A stretch of DNA of 64,000 nt, taken from the NCBI GenBank assembly GCA_017454525.1, contig JAFTCT010000081.1, positions 3,036-67,035 of the forward strand. The letters are read 5' to 3'. Under the pieces are notes generated by a model. It saw only the letters and a list, made by a program, of their open reading frames with translations. It did not search any database and was not told the DNA's origin. Positions 53,599 to 62,062 of the stretch are shown here, piece after piece (positions within the stretch are counted from its first letter, which is position 1; every line of letters begins with the position of its first letter). A program made the position numbers and the translations under genes. This DNA is from Clostridia bacterium (GTDB lineage: Bacteria; Bacillota; Clostridia; Oscillospirales; CAG-272).

Positions 53599-55251
53599 TT
53601 ACTCGAGTACCAGTATATAATCGTAGATCGGCTGACCTCCGTCGATCATGATCACTTCCGTGCGTTTGAAGGACGCCGAGAGTTCGTGATACAGCGCGTC
53701 GGTCTCCTCTTTCGGCGCGTCCTTTCCGCAGATGACCAGCAGAATATCGAAGTGCTCCGCGTCAAGATGTCCCAGCAGTTCCCGCGCGGCGGTATTCCTG
53801 TCTGCGGCGTCGGTGTAGATGCGGTCGTGCGAGAAACCGATGAAGTCGTCCTTGACGATCTTTACGCCGTCCTTTTCGGCGTCGCGGATCGCGCGCGAAA
53901 CGTGACCGGTAACGACGCCGGCTATGGCGTCCTCCAGATCCGCGGTCAGACGGTTCACGTCCTTTTCGTTGGTATCCATGACCGAGATCGCCGCGTAGCC
54001 CTCGCCGATCGTTTTCGTGGGCAGGACGCGCACGTCCGCTTTGTCGTAGAGTTTTGCCGCCTGGTTTGCCGTCAGGATGATGTTGCCGTTGTTCGGGAAG
54101 ACGAGGATCGTTTTGGCGTTGATCTTTTCGAAGGCGCGCACAAGGTCCTCAGCCGACGGATTCATACTCTGACCGCCGTCCACCACCGCGTCGCAGCCGA
54201 GGGATCTGAAGGTCTCCTTGATCCCGTCTCCCGCGGCGACAGCTACGATCCCGTACCGCTTCTTCTTGCCCTTCGCGGGCAGGGTGAAGCGGTTCTGAAT
54301 ATTGGTCTCGTTGTTCTGAAGCGTCATATTCTCGATCTTCAGAGTCAAGAACTCGCCGATCTGCTGCGCGTTGTTGAGCACGTCGCCCGGTTTCTTGGTA
54401 TGGACGTGCACCTTGACGATGCTTCCGTCGCGGAAGGCGACGACCGAATCGCCCACGGTATTGAGGTATCCGATATACTTGTCCAGATCGAAGGCGTCAA
54501 GATCGGTCTTGGAGCGCTGGAGGCGAAGAAGGAATTCCGTGCAGTAGCCGAACGTCAGAACGCTGTCCTCGGTAAAGGTCGAGATATCGGGCATTTTCCT
54601 GTTCGTCTGGAAAGAGCCGGTCATGCCGGTGAAGGAACCGCCCAGAACGTCCTTCATGCCCTCCGCGATATAGACGAAGCCCGCGCCGCCGCTGTCTACC
54701 ACGCCGGCGTCTTTGAGCACCTGCAGCAGATCCGGCGTGCGGTCAAGCGAGTCGTGCAGTTCTTTTGTGAAATCTTCAAAATAGGTCTCGACCGTGGAGT
54801 ACTTGTTTATACGTTTTCCCGCGTAATTCACGGCGTCCTTGAAGACGGTGAGGATCGTACCTTCCACCGGTACGGCGACGGCGCCGTACGCCTCCTTCAC
54901 GCCGCTCTCGAACGCTCTTGAGATATCCGCCGCGTCGGCGCTCTCCACGCCCTTTAAGCCCTTGGCGATCCCCGAAAAAATGCGCGAGAGGATAACGCCC
55001 GAGTTGCCTCTGGCGCCCAGCAGCATTCCGCGCGCGACGTTGTCCGACGCCGTGGAAAGCGATGAAGGAACGCTGTCGCTCAGCATCCCGACGCCCGATT
55101 CAATGGTCATATACATATTGTCGCCGGTATCGCCGTCGGGAATGGGGAAGACGTTGAGATCGTTGACGACGCTTCTGTAATTGTAGAGCGTCGCCGCGCC
55201 GTTTCTGACCATTTCCGCATAAAGCGTCCCGGTGATTCTTGTTGTGTTCAT
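53599..55251 (-). CDS. yloV: DAK2 domain-containing protein (YloV family)
   Basis: DhaL-like N-terminus with PDGDTGDNM, 550 aa, in the canonical pairing with degV. Confidence 0.9.
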   Translation of the reverse strand: MNTTRITGTLYAEMVRNGAATLYNYRSVVNDLNVFPIPDGDTGDNMYMTIESGVGMLSDSVPSSLSTASDNVARGMLLGARGNSGVILSRIFSGIAKGLKGVESADAADISRAFESGVKEAYGAVAVPVEGTILTVFKDAVNYAGKRINKYSTVETYFEDFTKELHDSLDRTPDLLQVLKDAGVVDSGGAGFVYIAEGMKDVLGGSFTGMTGSFQTNRKMPDISTFTEDSVLTFGYCTEFLLRLQRSKTDLDAFDLDKYIGYLNTVGDSVVAFRDGSIVKVHVHTKKPGDVLNNAQQIGEFLTLKIENMTLQNNETNIQNRFTLPAKGKKKRYGIVAVAAGDGIKETFRSLGCDAVVDGGQSMNPSAEDLVRAFEKINAKTILVFPNNGNIILTANQAAKLYDKADVRVLPTKTIGEGYAAISVMDTNEKDVNRLTADLEDAIAGVVTGHVSRAIRDAEKDGVKIVKDDFIGFSHDRIYTDAADRNTAARELLGHLDAEHFDILLVICGKDAPKEETDALYHELSASFKRTEVIMIDGGQPIYDYILVLE

Positions 55252-55344
55252 GATGATCGTTCACACTCCGGTTGTTTCTTTATGGCATAACCGCCGAATT
55301 ATAAGAAATAAACATTAACTGGAAATAAATTGCCCGGGGCAGGA

Positions 55345-55800
55345 TCATTTTTCGCCTTTTTTCGTCAGTTCGCCCGCAAGGATCAGAGCGGTCGTGAGTA
55401 TGGCAAGGACGTCGGTGATCAGCGGCACGACGAGCCCCCCGACCTTCTGCATCCCGACGAGCACGATCACGTCGCAGATCAGCAGCAGGATCAGCATGAC
55501 CGACGAGATCATTCTGACCGTCGCGGAACGGATGCGTCCGTAGAGGATCTGTATGAGGTAGAGGGTAGAGACCGATACGAACCAGACGATCGCCGCGGGA
55601 ATGAATACCGGCGTGAGATAAAACGCAGACAAAACCGCGGCAAAGGAAAAGAGCCCGAAAAGCGTCTGCGGGAAGTTGTACAGTACATCGACGTTTTCGG
55701 CGGAAAGCATCAGGATCTGACAGAACAGCGACAGCGCCAGAAATACGCCCGAAAGGATCTTTGCGGGCAGTATAAGTTTTCCGATCGTTTTGGCAAACAC
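55345..55800 (-). CDS. Integral membrane protein (4 TM), unknown function
   Basis: 151-aa hydrophobic ORF directly downstream of acpP. No family recognised. Confidence 0.5.
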   Translation of the reverse strand: MFAKTIGKLILPAKILSGVFLALSLFCQILMLSAENVDVLYNFPQTLFGLFSFAAVLSAFYLTPVFIPAAIVWFVSVSTLYLIQILYGRIRSATVRMISSVMLILLLICDVIVLVGMQKVGGLVVPLITDVLAILTTALILAGELTKKGEK

Positions 55801-55823
55801 GCGATTATCCCCCGGATGGCAGA

Positions 55824-56057
55824 TTATTTCTTTTCGAGATACGAAACGATATCGGATACCGTTCTGAAGGTCGCCAGTTCCTCGTCGGGAATGACGATGC
55901 CGTATTTCTCCTCAATGGTCATCAGCAGCTGCAGGACGTCGAGCGAGTCGGCGCCGAGGTCTTCCTTGATGCCCGACCGGAGCGTGATGCGCTCCCGGTC
56001 TATTTTCAACTGTTCGCTGAGCAGGTCTTTCACTTTTTCAAACATAGCATACCTCAT
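55824..56057 (-). CDS. acpP: Acyl carrier protein
   Basis: 77 aa with the phosphopantetheine attachment motif LGADSLDVLQL. Confidence 0.9.
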   Translation of the reverse strand: MRYAMFEKVKDLLSEQLKIDRERITLRSGIKEDLGADSLDVLQLLMTIEEKYGIVIPDEELATFRTVSDIVSYLEKK

Positions 56058-56063
56058 TTGGCG

Positions 56064-57074
56064 TCAATCCTTCGTCATTCTTTCAAGAATTCCGGAAAGT
56101 TGACCGTTCATATCGCTTTTTTTGATGGTATACGCCTGGTCGATGCAGACGGCGACCGCTTTTGCGTCGCTCGAACCGTGTCCCTTGACGACCGTCTTTT
56201 CCACGCCGAGCAGGACGCTGCCGCCGTAATTCTGATAGTTCATGAATTCTTTTTCTTCCATGAACATCTTCCGCATGAAGAGGGCGCCGAACTTGTATTT
56301 CTTTTTTGAACAGATATCGGTCTTGAGTTTCTTCAAGAGTTGAAGCGCCGTGCCCTCGGTCGTCTTGCAGAGGACGTTTCCCGAGAAGCCGTCCGCGACC
56401 ACAAGGTCATATTTCCCGGAGAGCAGGTCTCTGCCTTCCATATTCCCGACGAAACAGAGATCCGGGCAGTTCTTTAAGAGCCGATAGCCCTCTTTGTGCA
56501 GATCGTCGCCTTTTTCCTCTTCGACGCCGACGTTGAGCAGCGCCGTGCGGGGGCGTTCGACGCCGTAAACGTTCTTCAGGTAAAGCGTGCCCATGAGCGC
56601 GTACTGCAAAAGCATTTCGGGCGTGACGTCTGTGTTGGCGCCGCTGTCGCAGATGCCGACGATCCCGCCGTTCATCGTGGGGAGCAGAGGGCAGAACGCC
56701 GGTCTGCGGATGCCGCGGACTCTGCCGATGCGCAGCGTCGCGGCGGCGACGATCGCGCCGGTCGCGCCGGTCGAGATCATGCCGTCGATCTCCTGCTCCT
56801 CGCGCAGCATCGAGATGCTCTTTATCATCGAACTGTCTTTTTTGAGGCGGATCGCGTCTGTCGGCTTGTCGTTGCCGGTGATGACGCCGGGCGCGTGCAC
56901 GGTGGAGACGCGCCGTGTGTCAAAATCCTTCCCGCTCAACTCTTTTTCGATCTCGCGTTCATCGCCGATCAGCACGACCGAGAGGTCGTCGTGTTTTGCA
57001 AGCGCCGTCAGCGCGCCGCCGACGGTCGCTTTGTATCCGTTGTCGCCGCCTGCGCAGTCAATGATCAGTTTCAT
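56064..57074 (-). CDS. plsX: Phosphate acyltransferase PlsX
   Basis: MKLIIDCAGGDNG N-terminus, full-length PlsX-like sequence (336 aa). Confidence 0.95.
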   Translation of the reverse strand: MKLIIDCAGGDNGYKATVGGALTALAKHDDLSVVLIGDEREIEKELSGKDFDTRRVSTVHAPGVITGNDKPTDAIRLKKDSSMIKSISMLREEQEIDGMISTGATGAIVAAATLRIGRVRGIRRPAFCPLLPTMNGGIVGICDSGANTDVTPEMLLQYALMGTLYLKNVYGVERPRTALLNVGVEEEKGDDLHKEGYRLLKNCPDLCFVGNMEGRDLLSGKYDLVVADGFSGNVLCKTTEGTALQLLKKLKTDICSKKKYKFGALFMRKMFMEEKEFMNYQNYGGSVLLGVEKTVVKGHGSSDAKAVAVCIDQAYTIKKSDMNGQLSGILERMTKD

Positions 57075-58213
57075 TTCGCCGTTCCCCCGTCGTCCTCGAT
57101 CTTCTTTACGTATGCGCGGCGTACCTTGTGCCGCACCGCCTTAAAGCGTTTCCACTGGTTGAGGATCGCATAGTTGTTTTCAAGGTTGAGATTGGTCTCG
57201 GCGTATTCCACGCCGTCCTCGCGCAGCATTTTCAGCAGTTCCGCGGAAATGACCGAGGCGACGCCCCTGTTCATATACTCGGGCGCCACGGCGATCAGAC
57301 CGAGGTCGATGATCTTCGGATGCTTCACGGCGTACAGGATGCGGAAGATCGCCGCCGGCGTCAGATGACCCTTCGACTTCTGCACCGCGCGGGCGATGGA
57401 AGGGAAGCAGAGCCCCAGGCAGACGACTCTGTCGTTTTTATCGAGGATCACCGCGACGTGCTTCACGTCGATGATCAGCTTGAAATTGGAAATCATCATT
57501 TTCCTCATCGCGTCGGTGAAGGGAACGGTGCCGTATAGATCCTTGTATCCCTCGTCGAGCAGCGCAAAGAATTCGTCGGCGTAACGTCTGATGAAATCCC
57601 TTGTATTCTTTGCCGGTCCTATGTGAAGGTCGTAGCGCTTGAGGACGAACTGCGCCATCTTTTCGATCGTGCCGTCGTCGTTCTCGGGCGGATAGATCTT
57701 CGATTCGAACCAGTCGACTTCCTTTGCGTAGCCGCATTTCTCGATCAGAGCGGCGTAATAGGGGGCGTTGTACTGCTCCTCAAAGGTCGACAGTTCGTCA
57801 AAGCCGTCGATGAGCAGTCCCTCTCTCTCAAGATCGGAATAGCCGAGCGGTCCGCAGACCGTGTCCATTCCTTTTGCGCGCGCCCAGTTTTCGAGCGCCC
57901 CGAAGAGAGCGTCCGCGATCTTCTGATCGTCAAGGCAGTCGAACCTTGTAAAGCGCGCCCGCTTCTCGTTTCTGATGTCGTTTGAGGCGCGCTGAACGAT
58001 CCCCTGGATCCGCCCCACGATCTTTTTGTTCTCGTAGGCGTTGAAGAATACGGCTTCGCAGGTGTCCGCGTACACGAAGCCTTTTTTGAACATCTTTATT
58101 TCGTCGCCGTAGAGCGGCGGAACGAAACAGGGGTTGTCCGCGTAAAGCGTTAAGGGAAAGTTCAGAAAATCCTTTTGTTCTTTTCTTGTTCTGACTTCTT
58201 TTACGGTGATCAT
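57071..58213 (-). CDS. Large (380 aa) GNAT-like acyltransferase, unknown substrate
   Basis: C-terminal acyl-CoA motif A-like segment YMNRGVASVI (R-x-x-G-x-A). Its stop overlaps the plsX start by 4 nt. Confidence 0.55.
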   Translation of the reverse strand: MITVKEVRTRKEQKDFLNFPLTLYADNPCFVPPLYGDEIKMFKKGFVYADTCEAVFFNAYENKKIVGRIQGIVQRASNDIRNEKRARFTRFDCLDDQKIADALFGALENWARAKGMDTVCGPLGYSDLEREGLLIDGFDELSTFEEQYNAPYYAALIEKCGYAKEVDWFESKIYPPENDDGTIEKMAQFVLKRYDLHIGPAKNTRDFIRRYADEFFALLDEGYKDLYGTVPFTDAMRKMMISNFKLIIDVKHVAVILDKNDRVVCLGLCFPSIARAVQKSKGHLTPAAIFRILYAVKHPKIIDLGLIAVAPEYMNRGVASVISAELLKMLREDGVEYAETNLNLENNYAILNQWKRFKAVRHKVRRAYVKKIEDDGGTAK

Positions 58214-58231
58214 CGGGTCTTCTTTCCGGCG

Positions 58232-59206
58232 TCAATGCTTCGTCGTCATTTCAAGTTCGATATTGAAGAATCCGCGTCTGATCCCGTCCGGCACAACTCT
58301 GTCGTCGGTAACGGCGATCTCGCCGCCGTCTTCAAACACGAAGGTCAGCGTTTTTGCTTCTTTGAAGCGATAATCGTTTTGGGGCAGACCGCTCCATGCG
58401 AAAACGCCCGTTTTTTCGATATTCTCTTTCATTGCCGCGACCGTTTCGGCGCTCACTTCTTTTTCACTCTGATAGACGGTCGGACCGTCATAGCGCGATT
58501 CCTTCCGGTTGACGCCTCCGTTTTCGGTCAGCGTCAGCACGGCGCGGGTATAGCCGCCGTTTTTACGGTTTTCTTCAAAGCGGATCTCCTTCAGAGCGGA
58601 GACTTCGGGAAGTGAAACCTTCTCGCCCTCCATGGCGGTCCTGAAAATACCGACGATCCTTTTCGCCGCTTCAAAGGTGAAGACCGGTGTCTGATTGTCG
58701 GAAAAACTGATCTTCTCTCCGCTCTCGTAGAGGATGAGCGCGCTGCCGCCGAAGTTTGCGGGCAGTCCGTGGGTCTTTGAATGATAGCCGTTCTGCTTGG
58801 CGATCGCGCAGTCGTTCACAAGAGCGACAAGGAGCGGGAAAATATCGTCCTTCACGTACGCCCATCCGGCGCGGTGCGCCGATCCTCCGCGAAATCCCTC
58901 GGCGGTTTCAAGGTAGAGGAAGAAACCGTCCTTCGCCGGCGCGGCGAAAGCCGAAAAATAGCCGAGATACTCGAGATCGACCGTTTCACCCGGCACCGGC
59001 GGCTTTGAGAGCGGCAGATAATCGCCGTGCAGAGCGGAATCAGCTTCAAAACGGATCATTTTCGTGGACGAAATGACTTTCGGCGCCTTTTCGTCAAGCG
59101 TCGCGTCTGTCCCGCCGCACTCTCCGGGTCTTGTCTGCTTGATAATGCGGATCCCGTTTTCGCTTTTCTGTTCTCCCTGTTGGTTTTTCTTAAAAAAGCC
59201 GGACAT
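58232..59206 (-). CDS. Hypothetical cytoplasmic protein with internal duplication
   Basis: ATG 59206 (MSGFFKK) follows AAAGGAA; the track start at 59230 is an alternative. No TM segment or signal peptide. Two related roughly 120-aa halves each begin IRFE. Confidence 0.5.
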   Translation of the reverse strand: MSGFFKKNQQGEQKSENGIRIIKQTRPGECGGTDATLDEKAPKVISSTKMIRFEADSALHGDYLPLSKPPVPGETVDLEYLGYFSAFAAPAKDGFFLYLETAEGFRGGSAHRAGWAYVKDDIFPLLVALVNDCAIAKQNGYHSKTHGLPANFGGSALILYESGEKISFSDNQTPVFTFEAAKRIVGIFRTAMEGEKVSLPEVSALKEIRFEENRKNGGYTRAVLTLTENGGVNRKESRYDGPTVYQSEKEVSAETVAAMKENIEKTGVFAWSGLPQNDYRFKEAKTLTFVFEDGGEIAVTDDRVVPDGIRRGFFNIELEMTTKH

Positions 59207-59267
59207 TCTCTTCGTTCCTTTCATCATCAAATAAAGATAACTCTATTCTGTTTCTTACCGACTTTCT

Positions 59268-59296
59268 ATTATATACGAGAAACGCCCTGTTGTCAA
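59268..59296 (-). promoter_or_regulatory. Sigma-A type promoter (TTGACA-17-TATAAT)
   Basis: Reverse complement: -35 at 59291-59296, -10 at 59268-59273. Perfect consensus. Confidence 0.7.
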
Positions 59297-59324
59297 GAAA
59301 AATATACTGACGGCGCACGGAGGA

Positions 59325-59370
59325 GCCAAAAAGAAAAAACCGGCGCGGCGCCCGCTTGGGCGCCGCGTCG
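59325..59370 (-). terminator. Rho-independent terminator
   Basis: GC-rich stem cgcggcgccc / gggcgccgcg (extendable to 59341-59370) followed on the - strand by GTTTTTTCTTTTT. Confidence 0.85.
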
Positions 59371-59385
59371 GGGGAAAGCATGCCT

Positions 59386-60237
59386 TCAGGCGATCGTGCC
59401 CGTAACGGTCAGCGTTACGCTGCCGGGTACGACGGTATATGCGCCGGTCGCGGGATCCTGCGTAACGGTCGCGGCGGGGACGTCGATCACGCCCGGAACC
59501 GTTGAGAATTCTCCCGTGGACTCGTCGTAGGTGTAGCCGGTGCCTTCGGAGAGCGCCGTCCCGTCAAGGGTGACTGCGATATTGTGCAGGATCGGTGTGA
59601 AGACGTCGCTCAACACCGCCGCGCTCTTCGGATCGACCGCTTCCACGCCGCTGTTTTCGATGATGAAAGCATAGGAGATTTCGGCGTCCTCCCCAACGAC
59701 GTCGGGGGTGACGCTCTTATAGACCGCCATAACGGCGCCGCTTGCGGGCAGAACCGTCGCCTGCGCGGAAACGGGGGCTGCCAGACCCGCGCCCGTCGCC
59801 GTGACGGTATTCGTGACGCCGACGTCGCCGTCACGCGGAGCGAATTCGGTGGGCGTCGCCGTATAGACGATCGCGGCGCTCGAACCTGCGGGCAGGGAAA
59901 TGCCGCTGATTACCAGACCTGCGTCGCTCGTGAAAGCGGGATCGGGCTTCGGTACGCCGTCAAGAAAATACCTGACCGGTCCGTTTGCCTGAAGCGGGTA
60001 AACCGTACCGCCGCCGGCTTCATAGGCGCCGAGGTCGTCTGTAAGCGTCAGATTTTCAAGTGCGGTCAGTCCGTTGTTGACCAGCGTGACCGTATAGGTG
60101 ACGGGTCCCGTCGCGTAGGTTTCGGTCTGCGCCGTTTTGTAGATCTCGAGCAGTTCTTCGATTTTTCCCGTGACTGTGTTGGAGTCGACGGCGACGCCGT
60201 TATAGGTGAGGGTCGCCTTGTTTGTGAATGTTGCCAT
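59386..60237 (-). CDS. DUF11-like 'conserved repeat domain' beta-sandwich protein lacking a signal peptide
   Basis: Two segments carry the typical pattern: VTYTVTLVNNGLTALENLTLTDDLG and ISYAFIIENSGVEAVDPKSAAVLSDVF. Thr/Val/Gly-rich, no hydrophobic leader, no Cys. Own terminator. Confidence 0.55.
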   Translation of the reverse strand: MATFTNKATLTYNGVAVDSNTVTGKIEELLEIYKTAQTETYATGPVTYTVTLVNNGLTALENLTLTDDLGAYEAGGGTVYPLQANGPVRYFLDGVPKPDPAFTSDAGLVISGISLPAGSSAAIVYTATPTEFAPRDGDVGVTNTVTATGAGLAAPVSAQATVLPASGAVMAVYKSVTPDVVGEDAEISYAFIIENSGVEAVDPKSAAVLSDVFTPILHNIAVTLDGTALSEGTGYTYDESTGEFSTVPGVIDVPAATVTQDPATGAYTVVPGSVTLTVTGTIA

Positions 60238-60368
60238 GTCCGATGTTTTCGGGGAGTATCCTCCCCTGATCCTTTCGTTTTCTTTTCCGTGCGCACGCGC
60301 CGGGAGACCCGGCTGTTACAAGTATATGCCGGGGAAAGGAAAAGGGACATTCCGCTTTACCGCGCCGG

Positions 60369-61157
60369 TCACTTTAAACCGTTCGCGGTTTTCTTGTTTT
60401 TGATCGACCGAAGAGCGGTAAAGACGCCGAGGATGAGCATCTGGACGGCAAAGAAGAGGGCGACGTTCACGTAGGGCATGACATAGGGTGCAAGATTAGC
60501 GTTCAGAGCGTTGAACGGGTCGCGCACAACGAAGAACCAGTTGAAAAAGTGATCGTAGCCGTCGGCTGATCCGTTGTAGAGAAAGTTGCCGAAGAGCGCC
60601 CAGACGGTCATGAGGACCGTCGTCAGCAGATCTTTGTACCACGTCTTAAGCGTCAGTTGATCTGCTGAGAACAGGATCGAAAGGAAGCCGTACGCGGTCA
60701 TTACGCCGTGGAAGAGCAGCGTCTGTACCACGCGGTAACACAGGGGATGGACCGCGTGCCACATCACGCCCGCGGGATAGATGAGATAGACGAGATTGGA
60801 GATGAACCCGAGCAGAATGAAATGCATCCGCATTTTCTTCAACGCGGGTACGCGCTCGGAAAGGAAGCACATGACGCACATCGCGGTGCAGATATGGAAA
60901 GGCAGCTTTTCGATATCGATCTCGCCGTACGCGATCGGCATGAGGAACAGGTCTGCGATATACAGAAAGAACGCGGCGCTGCCGAGCGCTTTTGCCGCTT
61001 TTTCCTTTGCCGCCCGCTCTTTTTTTCCGGTAAAGAAGAGAACGGCAAAGATGACCGCGAGCGCAAGGAAGACGTAGATGAAATGCCATAATCCGAACAG
61101 CGTGAAGATCTTGCCGCCTTTTTTGTCGGACAGCAGTCCGTGCAGAATCTCGTACAA
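60369..61157 (-). CDS. Polytopic membrane protein, YwaF/TIGR02206-like
   Basis: About 7 TM helices with the motif KLPFHICT. The family assignment is from memory of the LPLHLC signature. Confidence 0.6.
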   Translation of the reverse strand: MYEILHGLLSDKKGGKIFTLFGLWHFIYVFLALAVIFAVLFFTGKKERAAKEKAAKALGSAAFFLYIADLFLMPIAYGEIDIEKLPFHICTAMCVMCFLSERVPALKKMRMHFILLGFISNLVYLIYPAGVMWHAVHPLCYRVVQTLLFHGVMTAYGFLSILFSADQLTLKTWYKDLLTTVLMTVWALFGNFLYNGSADGYDHFFNWFFVVRDPFNALNANLAPYVMPYVNVALFFAVQMLILGVFTALRSIKNKKTANGLK

Positions 61158-61171
61158 AGCAAATCCTCCTT

Positions 61172-61984
61172 TTACGCCTCGTTATGAACGGGATGATCTT
61201 CCGAAGAGCGCCCGTTTGACGAACTTTTCTTTTTCTTGATCAAATAGAAAACGAGATAATAAACAGCGATATACAGGATGAAGAGGAAGAATACGGCAAG
61301 AGGGTAGAGTACCGGATTGCCGCCGAGAAGGTCATAGAGGATATCGTAAGGGGTACCGTCACCGCGCATCAAGAACATGTAGTTGTAGGGCAGGAGGATA
61401 TTTGCGGCGTATGCCGCGACGCAGAAAGCCGTAAGAATGAGAAATGCGATCGGCATATTCCGCTTCTTTAATCCCGCCGATCGCGAGATCAGGACGTAGA
61501 GCGCCGAAAAGCCGGCGATGCAGTGCGTCAGGCTCGACGCGACGTTGTCGATGGACAGGACCGGGTATGTGCCGTAATTGTTTCCGGCGCCGTATGTGCC
61601 CAGAACAGCGCCCAGCAGGCCGAAGATCGCCACAAAATCGAGCGCCGCTTCTTTGACTCTGCCTTTCGCAAACGCCGCGAGCGGGATGGTGATCAGCTGA
61701 ATACTGCACAAGAACAGCGGTAGCATATACAGCCAGGACAGCGGATCTTCGTTCCGGATGCAGATGATCACGATCTTGAAAATCTCGATACTGTCCATAA
61801 GGATCGCGGCGACGGCGAGGGGACGCATGCGTTTTTTCTCCGTATTTCCGCGAAAACGTATTCCGAAAACGATCGCGAGCGCGATCATCACGATCACATG
61901 GGAAGATACGAAAATCAGGTGCTCGGGAGACATATATCCCTCGGGCATGCGGCTGTAACCGCCGAATCCGAAAAACTCTTTCAT
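61172..61984 (-). CDS. Polytopic membrane protein, paralog of the downstream YwaF/TIGR02206-like gene
   Basis: Motif MLPLFLCSIQ with similar length and topology. ATG 61984 (MKEFFGF) is preferred over the track start at 62041. Confidence 0.55.
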   Translation of the reverse strand: MKEFFGFGGYSRMPEGYMSPEHLIFVSSHVIVMIALAIVFGIRFRGNTEKKRMRPLAVAAILMDSIEIFKIVIICIRNEDPLSWLYMLPLFLCSIQLITIPLAAFAKGRVKEAALDFVAIFGLLGAVLGTYGAGNNYGTYPVLSIDNVASSLTHCIAGFSALYVLISRSAGLKKRNMPIAFLILTAFCVAAYAANILLPYNYMFLMRGDGTPYDILYDLLGGNPVLYPLAVFFLFILYIAVYYLVFYLIKKKKSSSNGRSSEDHPVHNEA

Positions 61985-62062
61985 TGTCAGGTCGATCCTT
62001 TGATGAATGTTGATACGGAAAACCGGCGCCGATTCGCTCATGACCGGCGTATGGTTTTGCCG

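Noticed and set aside
60238-60368. Sigma-K/sigma-E-like promoter upstream of the DUF11-like gene (CATATACTT).
   Set aside because: The -10 match is imperfect and there is no AC element at the right distance. This is too weak to annotate and is mentioned only as a hint in the finding.
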